This document shows positions 33,344-43,840 of a DNA stretch of 64,000 nucleotides, one piece after another. The notes under the pieces were generated by a model that did no database searches, was not told the origin of the DNA, and worked only from the letters and a program-made list of their open reading frames with translations. The position numbers were made by a program, and so were the translations under genes. Within the stretch, counting starts at the first letter, position 1, and the number at the start of each line of letters is the position of its first letter. The stretch is from Mayamaea pseudoterrestris (taxonomy: Eukaryota): positions 806,001-870,000 of the forward strand of contig BROI01000005.1 of the NCBI GenBank assembly GCA_027923505.1. Direction: 5' to 3'.

Positions 33344-34593
33344 TCGCCATCAGCAAGACTATTTACACAAACTGTATTATCACGGAGGGAGCCGCGGCGC
33401 TACTACAAACTGCGGTTTTCCTACATTCTATCCATTCTTTGCTACATTCATTTTATGCACGCGCGCGCATTCATTCATTGCTACTATCCAAAATATTGAC
33501 TTCAAGTGTTCAGCAAAGTGCTACCCTGCCGCTTGCAACGGCTCCTAAGATGCTTTCCGCCTTTAGGCGCACGCATCAACCAGCATACTTTAGCTTGAAC
33601 ATCTTGATGGAATAATTTTACTACCACTAGCTCTTTCACTCTATTACGCATGATGCTTTAGAGTCTCAGTTGCTAGGTAGGCTCGTCGCTTTTGCTAGCG
33701 AAACAATTCTTTTATAGGCTGCTTATCGTGTGGTCGACAAGCGCCGGAAGGAAGGCTTCCCTCGCACGACTCCAACTCCGGAAGAGGGTCATTGTAGATG
33801 ACGGAGTCACAAAGACTGCCCCATGTGAGTGATGACTGATGAGGGCTTATGTATGACTACGTTCGACGACGGTTCCGATTGCATACGTACTTGTTCGTCG
33901 GACACGGATGCAGTCGACGTGGCAAGCGTTAGCTATCGCACATGGCGACGTTGCCTCCGTCACGTTGCTTCGATATGTGAGATTCCGAGACCACGAATCA
34001 AACACATTGGTTGTAATCATGTGTTGCGTGTCAGTTCCATGGGGCAGTTGGAAATGAATGCTGCGGCATCGACTTTTGTCAAGCCATTGGTTGTGTGATC
34101 CTTGTGCCCGTCGACAATGCCGGCAATTGCTTCCCAGGTGCAACATGCGGGGCCTTCATCTCCTTTTTATTGAAGTGCATGTTCAATGTAGATGCATCAG
34201 ATACCTTTATAAGCATGTCAGCTTCAAGCTGCGGTAAAGGCATCGCGCTCGCGTTGGCATTGCCTTCATCTTTCAGCTACCCTGGCGTCAACACTACTCG
34301 TACAGTGTCACCAACTTTATTAATATAGCTGTGTACGTGATTCGCTGCATTTCTTACGTCGTAACCTGCGATATAATATCGTTTGCGCCGATCTTCCGTC
34401 GGGCTAGCACAGTCTTCAGCGGCTCCAGGTCGTCAAGCATCCCGCCAGCACCAATGCAAGCGCTACACAAGTATAGCCTTTTATGATAAAGGCACCAACT
34501 AACCGTGCCGTATGAATTACTGTCTAATATGACCACATTTAGCCGGTAGGATGCATGCAGCGTCTGTCGATTCTCACGCGACGACAAGCGTAC

Positions 34594-35778
34594 TCAGGAA
34601 TCGCAAGATTTCAAATCGTCCCAATCTTCAAAGCTACACCGTTGCATCGCTGCATCCAGTGTTTCTTGCTTGGCTTTCAACGACAAGTTGCTCGCCTTGC
34701 TGACAAGCACTCGGTAGGCGAGCAGTTCCAACTTGAGTCCGCAGCAGAATCGTTGACACTGTCGCGCCGATAGACTGCTTTCGCCCACGTGCGGTCGCTT
34801 CGCGTTGGCCACCCTTCCCGTGACAGCTTTCGCAAACGATCCACTTCCTCCGAGTCGCTCGTCGAGCTGCTGCAAGTCGTCCCACAAGTGTTCCGTCCGA
34901 ATAACGTATATACTCGCATTTGGAAATCGTTTGGCGGTAAGGTCGACATTGACGCGAATGTTGGCAATCAAGTGAGACGCCAGCGGCACTTCTTCCATGT
35001 TGCCAATGTTGGACTGGCCGCCCAGCAAGGAGTTGGTGGCAATGTCGTGACAAGTTGGCGTAACGTTTCTGGCAGCAGCAGCAGATTGACTCGATGGCAG
35101 TTCCAAGGCCTGCGCCCAGTCCTGCATGGTGTCAAAGTGGCAGTCGACAAAGAATTGATGCAGCCACTGAGAGTGTTTACTTTCTCGACTCTTCGTCGCT
35201 GTCGCTGCATCCGTCGTTTCCTTGGCCATGCAGTTTTGTCGCGTCGTCGTTCCGTTGCGGCAGTGATTGGGATGCACATAGTGAAACCAGCTAATGGTTC
35301 GATCCAACGGATGTCGCAAACTATACAAGAACGCCGTGGCTTGTCTTGGCAAAATGGACCTTTTAGCTTGCTGAAAGCAGTGCAAGTAGCCTTGCACCGA
35401 TGCGGATAGTTTGGAAGGCTTAAGGTGCTTGAGACAAGCGCTTCTTCGTTCAAGATTCATGCGCGTGTGACAGCCAAACCCTAGCACCGACTTGATCGTT
35501 TCGCCGCCAGACTTTCCAATATGAACAAAGTAGATGGACTCGTTCCTTGCGTAATTTGATTTGATTGAATCATTCGTAGCGCTAGTTGACGCTGCGGCGG
35601 GTCTTTCCCATGTAATTAACGGTTCATCAAGGTGCGTCGATGCATCTCTTGGCGTCGAATGGAACAAGCTTCGAGCCGTACAGAAAATGCTGACGATGAT
35701 TGCGACGAAAGTCGTAAGCCTTACTATCGTAATCGTTCCCATTGGATATTGTTTTGGTCCTTCTTTCGACGGTTGCAT
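34594..35778 (-). CDS. Type II membrane (Golgi-type) sulfotransferase-family protein
   Basis: N-terminal TM; 5'-PSB-like YFVHIGKSGGETI; 3'-PB-like LRHPLDRTISWF; IRTEHLWDDL. Confidence 0.8.
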   Translation of the reverse strand: MQPSKEGPKQYPMGTITIVRLTTFVAIIVSIFCTARSLFHSTPRDASTHLDEPLITWERPAAASTSATNDSIKSNYARNESIYFVHIGKSGGETIKSVLGFGCHTRMNLERRSACLKHLKPSKLSASVQGYLHCFQQAKRSILPRQATAFLYSLRHPLDRTISWFHYVHPNHCRNGTTTRQNCMAKETTDAATATKSRESKHSQWLHQFFVDCHFDTMQDWAQALELPSSQSAAAARNVTPTCHDIATNSLLGGQSNIGNMEEVPLASHLIANIRVNVDLTAKRFPNASIYVIRTEHLWDDLQQLDERLGGSGSFAKAVTGRVANAKRPHVGESSLSARQCQRFCCGLKLELLAYRVLVSKASNLSLKAKQETLDAAMQRCSFEDWDDLKSCDS

Positions 35779-36446
35779 GGTGTCATGAGTATGAGTTAAT
35801 TAATCAGCGATGATGGAACGAATGACGTTCTTTGTCGACGCCTTTCTCCCAGAGGCTAACAAACGAGCCCGGTGTACGTCATTCGCGCTCCAGATGGCTT
35901 CCAGGCCTCGTCTGCATTCTTCCATTTGTTTCACTGTCAAAATCGTGGTCGAAGGCAAGGAAGAAGCACCTCAAAACTCACAACGATCATGTCATGGTCG
36001 ACGCCAATCTCCTCTTGAGTACCGCTTGAAGTCGTACTGGTTATGGATGGCAGCTGCGCGCGCGAGAGTAGTGACGTCCATTTAATGACTCCCGCGCGAA
36101 ATTCGGCCAAACCCATCCATCATCCACAATCGATCGACCCATCAATCGCTTCAACCTTCTGTTCCGACAAGGCAGAAGACTCGTTTCGATTCATTTTTTA
36201 CATGCCTCTAACTAGCAGACGAAGATTTTATTGCATATAAATCTGCTAGAGGCTCTACATATTATTGTTTGGTTTTTCGTCTTGACATTTCGAGTCGAGA
36301 GGTCCCAATTTTTGTTCCATCTGCGCGTCTCAAGGTTCGCTCGTGAGCGATTTTTTGCGGTTCGAAAGAACTCGATCCTGATGGCCAATCGCCGCTCATT
36401 TTCCAAAATCCATCCGATACGACTATATCATAACAATACCATCATC

Positions 36447-37247
36447 ATGCTGCTGCAAGTGACTTTAGCCTTACTCTTGACGCAGGCGCCAATGTTAACG
36501 TTTGCGTATCAATCTTGCGCGTTTCGGCCGTTACAATTGCGACAGTTGGCAAGCAGCAAGAATCGACATATCACTTCGCTTCAAGCCGTTGCCGAGTTTG
36601 AGGAGCTGCGACGGGAAAAGGAAGATAGCAACAGCGACGATAATAGTGACGCTTGGATTCCAACCGCATCGGGCGGCTTTTTGCCGCGATTTCTGCGCCG
36701 CCATCAGCCACCGCAAGACGAACACAACCATGACATGAACATACCCGAACAAACAATCATGACGGACGTGTCAACCTTAGCGGACTATAAGCGCGTCGTG
36801 GCCGATGAAGCGGAGCAAATGGTCGTGGTGCTCTTCCATGCACCATGGTGCCGGGCCTGCAAGGCGACGCAGCCGCTCTTTCGCAAACTGGCGAGGGAAT
36901 ATACTAGCAGCAGCAACTCTTGCACGCAGCAGCAACAACTCGTCAAGTTTGTCCGCGTGCCGCTGACGCAAAACAATGGGTTTCTGCACGATGGACTCGG
37001 CGTGCCGAGTTTGCCATACGCGCACCTGTACCATCCGACGGCGGGCCTGGTCGAGGAGCGCAAGATTAACAAGCACAAGTTTGATGCGTTTGCCAATATA
37101 CTAAAGGAATATGTCAATGGTGAATGCATAGTGGACTGGAGTGAAGGAGTGATACGGAACGATGACGCTGGTGGCGATCAATCGAGTCGACGAGGAGGTG
37201 CGACGGCGGAACACACGGAATGGGGCGAGGAACCGTCGCTTTCGTAG
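36447..37247 (+). CDS. Thioredoxin-like protein (WCRAC), probably plastid/ER targeted
   Basis: VVLFHAPWCRACKA active site, LGVPSLP cis-Pro loop, hydrophobic N-terminal signal; ATG at 36447. Confidence 0.85.
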   Translation: MLLQVTLALLLTQAPMLTFAYQSCAFRPLQLRQLASSKNRHITSLQAVAEFEELRREKEDSNSDDNSDAWIPTASGGFLPRFLRRHQPPQDEHNHDMNIPEQTIMTDVSTLADYKRVVADEAEQMVVVLFHAPWCRACKATQPLFRKLAREYTSSSNSCTQQQQLVKFVRVPLTQNNGFLHDGLGVPSLPYAHLYHPTAGLVEERKINKHKFDAFANILKEYVNGECIVDWSEGVIRNDDAGGDQSSRRGGATAEHTEWGEEPSLS

Positions 37248-37316
37248 GTGAATGTTAGAAATGGGTTCGCCATGGATAAAAACTACCAGAATTAGAGATA
37301 CATTGACGCTTTACTA

Positions 37317-38831
37317 CTACATGTCTTCGTCGTCTTTTACTTTGCATCGCTTGCAATCTGGTTCGTCGTCAGCTTGGCGAGTCTTTTCTTCAGAAGCAAT
37401 AGCTAGTTCGCCGCTTTTATGTATGCCATCACTCGCAGACTTATCCAACACAATGCGCTCGAGCTTGCCGGCGGCTTTTGGAAGGACAAAGCTGACGCAA
37501 ATCATGTTCTTCGTTGGCGCAATGTTTCGAACCGTTCGAACACTTACAACGTCTTGCTCCATGCTAATGTGACATCCAAGCGCTTGACGACACCGTTCCA
37601 ATGCTTCTGGATAGAGAGCATCCTGCGAAGCCTTGGGCGCAAAGCAGTAAACGTGAATCGTAGGTTGTGGCGCTTTATCATCGTCATCATCCTTTACTTG
37701 GTACCCGCGAAAGGCGTCCAAAAACTCGGGCGCAATCTTTGGTAAATTCATGACAAAATGATTCACGAAAATATTTTCGTCCTGCAGCTTGTGAACCATG
37801 GCGCGAGCGTCCAAGTTGAAGCAGTGCAGGTTGTTGCACTTGTTCTTGGTGGCATTCACTTGCAGATAGTGAAAGGAGACTGGATTGAGGTCGTTGGCGT
37901 AGACGCAAATGGTTGAAGCAGCAGATGATGCTGCATCCTTTGGTTTCTGCTTCTTTTGTCCCATAGTTGCGGTCAATGGAACAGCGAAAGGACCAATGCC
38001 AGCCATGAGGTCAGCGACGACAAACGGTCTCTGACAAGTCTTTGCACCAGCAGCAGCCTCGTTTTTCAAAAGCTCCACTAACCGCCGATGCTCTCCAGCT
38101 AGTCGACTATTCCAATACACTTGCTGAAAGTCTAGTTCAAACACACATCCTTCCTCCTTGAGAGTAACAATGGACCAGCCAGGCTTGTCGTTGCCGGCCA
38201 CAACCTCCATGGCAAAGGTTCGAAACTCGGTTTCAATGTTGCCAAGCTTGACGACTACGGTTCGGATGCTTGGATAGTTCTTGTCCAGTAGCACCTTTCC
38301 AATCCAGTACTTGTATTTCAAAAGTTCGTTCCGAAGGTTAACGTGACAAATGGGACCAATTTGTTCAAAGGCGGATGGTAGTTCCTGCTGCTCGTGTGGC
38401 AAGATTTTTTGCAACACTTCATCGACGGAATAGTCCTTGTAGGAAAGGTGAACAAGATGCCTTTTCAGATTCAAGCTAGAATCATTGGATGTTATTTTTT
38501 CTACCATGGTTTGAAACAATACTGGCTGTCCATTCTTCGAGTATTCCTGCTTGAACGGATCCAATACAAGGATGCGACGATTCGCAGGATCGTTCGGGCA
38601 CGGATGAATGCACTTTACTTTTGGGCGACTCAGCAAAAATCCGGTCAATTGGCGTCTCAAGTCACCGACCTTGTTGAGAGGGGCGCTAATGGCAGGATAT
38701 TCATTAGTTTGGTCCCAGTCTGTAGGAAATTTGTCAACGGATAGAGGTTCTTCACCTGAATTTGATGTTTCGTCGCCATGTGCCGCCGGTGAAGCTGGCA
38801 GAACTGCCTCTGAACTCGTCACGGAAGGCAT
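37317..38831 (-). CDS. TRM5: tRNA (guanine-37 N1)-methyltransferase Trm5
   Basis: FEQIGPICHVNL, VYWNSRLAGEH, DLMAGIGPFAVP, ANDLNP, VMNLP, IHVYCF. The start is uncertain. Confidence 0.92.
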   Translation of the reverse strand: MPSVTSSEAVLPASPAAHGDETSNSGEEPLSVDKFPTDWDQTNEYPAISAPLNKVGDLRRQLTGFLLSRPKVKCIHPCPNDPANRRILVLDPFKQEYSKNGQPVLFQTMVEKITSNDSSLNLKRHLVHLSYKDYSVDEVLQKILPHEQQELPSAFEQIGPICHVNLRNELLKYKYWIGKVLLDKNYPSIRTVVVKLGNIETEFRTFAMEVVAGNDKPGWSIVTLKEEGCVFELDFQQVYWNSRLAGEHRRLVELLKNEAAAGAKTCQRPFVVADLMAGIGPFAVPLTATMGQKKQKPKDAASSAASTICVYANDLNPVSFHYLQVNATKNKCNNLHCFNLDARAMVHKLQDENIFVNHFVMNLPKIAPEFLDAFRGYQVKDDDDDKAPQPTIHVYCFAPKASQDALYPEALERCRQALGCHISMEQDVVSVRTVRNIAPTKNMICVSFVLPKAAGKLERIVLDKSASDGIHKSGELAIASEEKTRQADDEPDCKRCKVKDDEDM

Positions 38832-39180
38832 ACTGTAGACCGGCTTTAACAAAGGTTGTCTTTCCTGTTAGTTTGATGCTTTGCATGAAGGCTCACAGCT
38901 TCTAATTGATGCTCATTTATTTTGTCGTCGGCTTGAAATTTCTTGGCCGCGAAGGCTTGTCACGTCTAGTCACAGCGGTACACAAAGCTTCTGCAACGAA
39001 AACGCACGACCGAATCGATGAAAACCATTATTTTGCTCCATCACGACTACCGTAGCTGCAGTTTGATGTAATCTTCTTTATACTGACGCGCGATTGTAGT
39101 ACATACAGTAGAATGTTTTACATCAAGTGTCCCGTAGCGCCGCTTTTAACTTGAGCTGCATGTGCGACATATCGGAGACA

Positions 39181-39861
39181 TCACGCAGCCGGCGAATGCG
39201 TTGGTTCACCGTACAGCAGTGCAACATTCATGCGAATTTCAAGCATGTCCTCGCGTTGGGCTACGTCTGTCGTTGCATCAATCGTTGTTAGTAGGTACTG
39301 CAGCGACGCGAGGCAGTTTTGGACACCTTCCTGGTCACAAAACGAAGCCATTATGCAGCCCTTGTTGTTGAGCGCCGCCAATTGAATCAAGCGATCAGCT
39401 TCATAGTTCAAGTCAAGTAAGGACATGGCCATGTTGTACATTCGAAGAGCCTTCTGCATAGATATTGCTTGCCCTGCACATTCTAGCATTCCGATGGCTT
39501 GGAAGCAGACTCCAGTATTGAAGAGTAGACTTGCACATATCCGCGCCACGTTGTGAAGATTCGCTGATCGTTCTGCTTCCCCTTGGGTATCATTCGTTAC
39601 TAGAAGTGACCAGTTGTAAAGGTAGAATGATGAACAACCTTGATCTTTGAGGCCTATGCGCACTGGCTCAAACTTGATCTCACGCTCGTCTTGGACATGT
39701 TTTCCTTGCGACTCCATCTCCGACGCTAGCTCTAGCTCGGCTTCTTGCCTTCGTATCCATGCAAGGCCATCAACAAGAAGTTTCCCAGCCGCGCGATAGT
39801 TACCAGCCTCCATGAGCAGACAAGCATCACCATTCAAAGCAAGGACGGAGTTGAGATTCAT
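39181..39861 (-). CDS. Hypothetical TPR-like helical protein (paralogue A)
   Basis: Shares LN.DAC.LM.AG, SSFYLYNW, LFNTG.CFQAIGM, LNNKG and C-terminal (S)PAA with the paralogue at 40915-41559. Confidence 0.8.
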   Translation of the reverse strand: MNLNSVLALNGDACLLMEAGNYRAAGKLLVDGLAWIRRQEAELELASEMESQGKHVQDEREIKFEPVRIGLKDQGCSSFYLYNWSLLVTNDTQGEAERSANLHNVARICASLLFNTGVCFQAIGMLECAGQAISMQKALRMYNMAMSLLDLNYEADRLIQLAALNNKGCIMASFCDQEGVQNCLASLQYLLTTIDATTDVAQREDMLEIRMNVALLYGEPTHSPAA

Positions 39862-40355
39862 GGCTGGCGAATCACTTTGTCAGCAATGAGCAGTTGTACT
39901 GAGACGAATTTGTCAGAAACAAAATCGATTGCAGACACATGTACTTCAAACCACTGAAACCACCCTTCTCGTTGAAATCTGCTCACATTGTCGTCGCTGC
40001 CGGCACAGAGCTGATCACAGAACTCGTCTCATTGAAGTACAAGTCCAAACTGGCGCATGCATCCCTTCAATGGAACGGTGCAACTGGTTGAGTTTTCGGT
40101 TGAAACGCGAATCGATCGGAGTACTCCGGTTGCTGTGACATTTGTGGCGTGGATTGGCCATACGAAATACTCCGCACGGCCGAAGTTATAACGGAGGAAC
40201 GCGATAAACTAGTCATTTCATTCGTGAAGGAAGGCAGAGGATGTTCCATGAGAAACAAGGTCGGCTGCCGCCGTTGGCACTGACCCAGCCTTTGGAGTTG
40301 GATGGCAGGTTGGCCTATCAGTGGGCGGTTGCAATGGATAGGCAGTCACGTGTTT

Positions 40356-40555
40356 TACTGATCGCAAGAGACAGCGGTCGGGTAGCTATCCGACTATGGC
40401 CTGCACACAACTGCCGTAGCTAACAGCCTTTTGCGGGACCTGTTCGCGAGGCTCTTCCTACTGTTCGCAAAAGACAGCGGTCGGGTAGCTATCCATCTAC
40501 TGCCTACACAAGCTCCACGCCTACAGTTCGCAAGATACAGCGGTCGGGTAGCTAT
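40356..40555. repeat. Three ~36-bp direct repeats (TAC(T/A)G(A/T)TCGCAA.A.ACAGCGGTCGGGTAGCTAT)
   Basis: Copies start at 40356, 40459 and 40522; the core ACAGCGGTCGGGTAGCTAT is identical in all three. Confidence 0.85.
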
Positions 40556-40914
40556 GTGACATATTTTGTCGCAATGGGTTACGCACGCACAGACTCACAC
40601 ACGCAGGGACGCGTAAAACTTTTAACTCACTGAGCCCGTTCCGGGTCAGTGACTGTATGCAGTTTGTAAATCGTGAAGCGGGTTGGCTTCAACAAGGACG
40701 TTCGAGCGCAATTTGCACTGCAGACACGAAGCTGTTTTCTACTACACTCGCCTTGAATCATGGACAAAAGCAGGGCATGGATCAATTAGGGATCAAAGAA
40801 AGGATTCGGGCGAATATTTTTTGGTCCCCGACTCTGGCGTCTGTTGTAACTCAATTCAGGTTATGAGCTGTAATAGTTTTATACCTTGCACAAGTAACTG
40901 CACTATTAGATTGT

Positions 40915-41559
40915 TTAAGCGCATGCAGCTGAGGGATGCCCACCAAATAGTAGGGCAACATTCATAAGTATTTCTATGATGTCTTCTCGTCGGGCTCCAC
41001 TCGGTAGGTCGGCGCGTGTAAGCAGCGATTGAAGCGAGCTCAAACAGACTTGTGCTTCCTTATATTCGTAGAGACAATGCATAATGTAGCCCTTGTTGTT
41101 GAGCAATGCGATGCGGAGTAATTGGTCGGAATCGTTCAAAACAGACAGAAGCGACAAGCCCATATTGTAAAGCTTGAGTGCCTTGCCGCATGATTCACGC
41201 TCCGTGCCTTCCCTCATGCCAATTGCTTGAAAACAGAGGCCCGTATTGTAAAGTAGAATGGCGCATGCGCGTGTAGCATCGTGCACACTTGCAACGTCAG
41301 TCCGGCCGTCCGTGACAAGGAATGCCCAATTGTACAGGTAGAATGATGATCGTTCTGGCATAATGTTTTCGATCCTTATTGGCTGCACGCACAATGTATT
41401 TTCTTCTGGCATTGCACTCTCCAAATAAGCTTGCGAGTTGCAACAATGGATCTGCCTCAACGCTGCGATTAAAATGTTTGCGGCTCGCTTGAAGTCACCC
41501 GCGACCATCAACGAGCAAGCATCCTTGTTCAGCGACAAGACTTGGGAAAGGTTGTTCAT
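40915..41559 (-). CDS. Hypothetical TPR-like helical protein (paralogue B)
   Basis: Collinear with paralogue A; the ATG at 41559 (MNNLSQVLSLN) aligns with MNLNSVLALN. Confidence 0.8.
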   Translation of the reverse strand: MNNLSQVLSLNKDACSLMVAGDFKRAANILIAALRQIHCCNSQAYLESAMPEENTLCVQPIRIENIMPERSSFYLYNWAFLVTDGRTDVASVHDATRACAILLYNTGLCFQAIGMREGTERESCGKALKLYNMGLSLLSVLNDSDQLLRIALLNNKGYIMHCLYEYKEAQVCLSSLQSLLTRADLPSGARREDIIEILMNVALLFGGHPSAACA

Positions 41560-42692
41560 GTTTAGAGTTGATAGTTCAACAAATTTTCTCTTTTTTGTGG
41601 CACAGTTTGCAGTTGTGTTTCGTTTGTGTAAAATGCGATGCGATGCTTGAGCCTCGCCGCTTGATACTCCCACTGTTTCCCCGAATCGTGAAGAAATGAC
41701 GTGAGTTGTGTACTCATAAGCTCATACATGAGTCACATGTGCACATGACAAAATACTCCGAAAGTCATTTTATCCGTGTATCGGAGTCGACCAAACGAGA
41801 CGCGGGATCAGAAGCAGCTGGGGTGACGCTTGAAGAACGCTTTCCATCTAAACCTGACGCACGAATTGTCCTTTCAGCTTAGAAGAAGTTCGTCAGGGAA
41901 CATCAACAAACAACTGCAAGCGGAACATCAAACTCAGAGATGCGATGACGAATTGGTAGCGATGTCTCATGTCTCATGGCTCGTTGCCTCGTGGTTGATC
42001 CTGGCAAAGAAGTTGCTGCACCTTGCCCTTGTTGCACTCCCTTCAGACTTCTAAGCTCACATTTGGGAAGAATTGTTATTTTGCCGTTCAACTTCAGTCG
42101 CGAAAGCTGAAATCTTTGTCAGTTACAGTATCAGCCGTTTGCAGTTTGATTTGTCGCTACTGGCACACCTTCCCTTTGGATAACACTATGGATCACTAAA
42201 ACAGTAAGTATTGAGGAAAATAGAAGATGCAGGCTAGTGGCCTCATACTGCCGCGGCTATTGGTAGCAAGTGTAATCCGTGACCTGTCGACTGTTGACGA
42301 TGGGCGATGAAGCAAGATAGCAAAAAGGCAAAGCGGAAAGGGAATGCGTCGCTAGCAGGCGCCGGACGCATAAAGTATGAGCGCTTGCCGCATTGCTGCA
42401 AGTCGCAAGTAATTTTGATTGGTTGGCACAAGTGCAAGTAGCTCAAGGATCAAGGATTAAGAATCAAGGACGACTACCATCCAAAGTTGGCGAATGACAT
42501 GTTCTTTGGGCAACAATTATACTGCACCGGTTCAAACGAAGATGACGAAAAATTTGTTACATGCGTTGATTCTAGCAAGGACTGACAGTCAAAACGACAG
42601 GTAAATTGGCGACGACGACAATGAGACTATGCTTCGTTTCCGACGGTAAAATTACGATACCACTAACCTACCGCTAGTACAGTAACTATTTA

Positions 42693-43394
42693 CTATGAAT
42701 GCTCCTCGCCGTCATCAACATAGTCTGTTGGAAGTGCTGCTTGCGTTTGTAGCAAGTCCTCGCTAATCAAGCCCCAAATAGGAACATCTTCATGACCAAG
42801 TTCCGTAAATAGCTTGGATCGACTCGGCAAGCCTGATTCAAGCGTTGGATCAATAAACATTTTCAGCTCCACGACGCAGGCACATTCCACAACGTTTCCT
42901 CCCAGCATTTTCACCAAGGAAATGGCCGATGCCAAGGTTCCTCCAGTCGCCACCAAGTCGTCAATCACCAAGACATTTTGTCCCTTTTGAATCTTGTCGC
43001 GCTGCACTGTGAGACCCGAGCGTTTCCCATACTCTGTCGTGTAGTCGTCTGACGAAATGCTGTTTGGCATTTTGCCTTGCTTGCGCATCATGATGAATGG
43101 TTTTTGGAGCGCCAAGCCAATGGGTGGTCCAAGGATGAATCCTCGTGCGTCAAGTCCAGCAATGACATCAATCTGCTTGTTGCGATAGCGGTTTGCGAAA
43201 ATGTCAATTATCTTTTGAAAGATGATTGGTTCGTAGAGAAAACCTCCAATGTCGTAGAAGCGAGGAATGCCCTTGAACGGAAAGTAGGGCAAGTACTTGC
43301 AGATTTCTAATGCTTCGGGGCCGTCCTGTTTGTATGACGAATCAATCGCTGATTCTTCTTCCAGTAGCGGCTGATTAGTTGCATCGTCTGTCAT
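42693..43394 (-). CDS. APT: Adenine phosphoribosyltransferase
   Basis: FPFKGIPRFYDI, GLDARGF, RKQGK, TEYG, PRPP motif VLVIDDLVATGGT. Confidence 0.95.
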   Translation of the reverse strand: MTDDATNQPLLEEESAIDSSYKQDGPEALEICKYLPYFPFKGIPRFYDIGGFLYEPIIFQKIIDIFANRYRNKQIDVIAGLDARGFILGPPIGLALQKPFIMMRKQGKMPNSISSDDYTTEYGKRSGLTVQRDKIQKGQNVLVIDDLVATGGTLASAISLVKMLGGNVVECACVVELKMFIDPTLESGLPSRSKLFTELGHEDVPIWGLISEDLLQTQAALPTDYVDDGEEHS

Positions 43395-43840
43395 TATGAA
43401 GCAATTTATTCTTTCCTTCTACCGACTTTTGCTGCGTAGTATGCTTCGATGAATCAATGCAGACAGTCGAAGTTGGAGAAGGAGGCATGCGTTGGTTTTG
43501 CGGCGTTGGAATGCATTGCAAGTACCGGTCCGACATTTATTGAGTACCGATACGATGGACGATTGGGAAACGGAGCGGCAATCAAAATCTCGTGGTCGAC
43601 CATGGGAGACAAAAAACAGTTGCTGCACCTTGAATTGTACCCAAAACACCAGAGTAACTCGCGTCTTGCATTCTCGTCAAGCTAAGAGAGACTTGGAATA
43701 GCTTTATTGTGCTACTAAGTCTTCTTACGAAAGGAAGAACGTTGGATCTTGAATTTTCCAATTTCCAATCAGCCTTCTCCGTCGTTATCATTGTTAAACC
43801 TACAATTTATTTACTTTCTTATCGAATACTTTTTTGATCA

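Noticed and set aside
33650..34560. Possible decayed gene between the hypothetical gene and the sulfotransferase
   Set aside because: Only short stop-interrupted minus-strand fragments with no family motif that I can recognise.
40356..40555. CRISPR array interpretation of the 36-bp repeats
   Set aside because: Only three copies, unequal spacers (67 and 27 nt) that resemble each other, no cas genes and a eukaryotic context.
41700..42690. Long intergenic region with a small (TCAAGGA)-like repeat near 42443-42470
   Set aside because: No convincing ORF or RNA structure; the short imperfect repeat is unremarkable.
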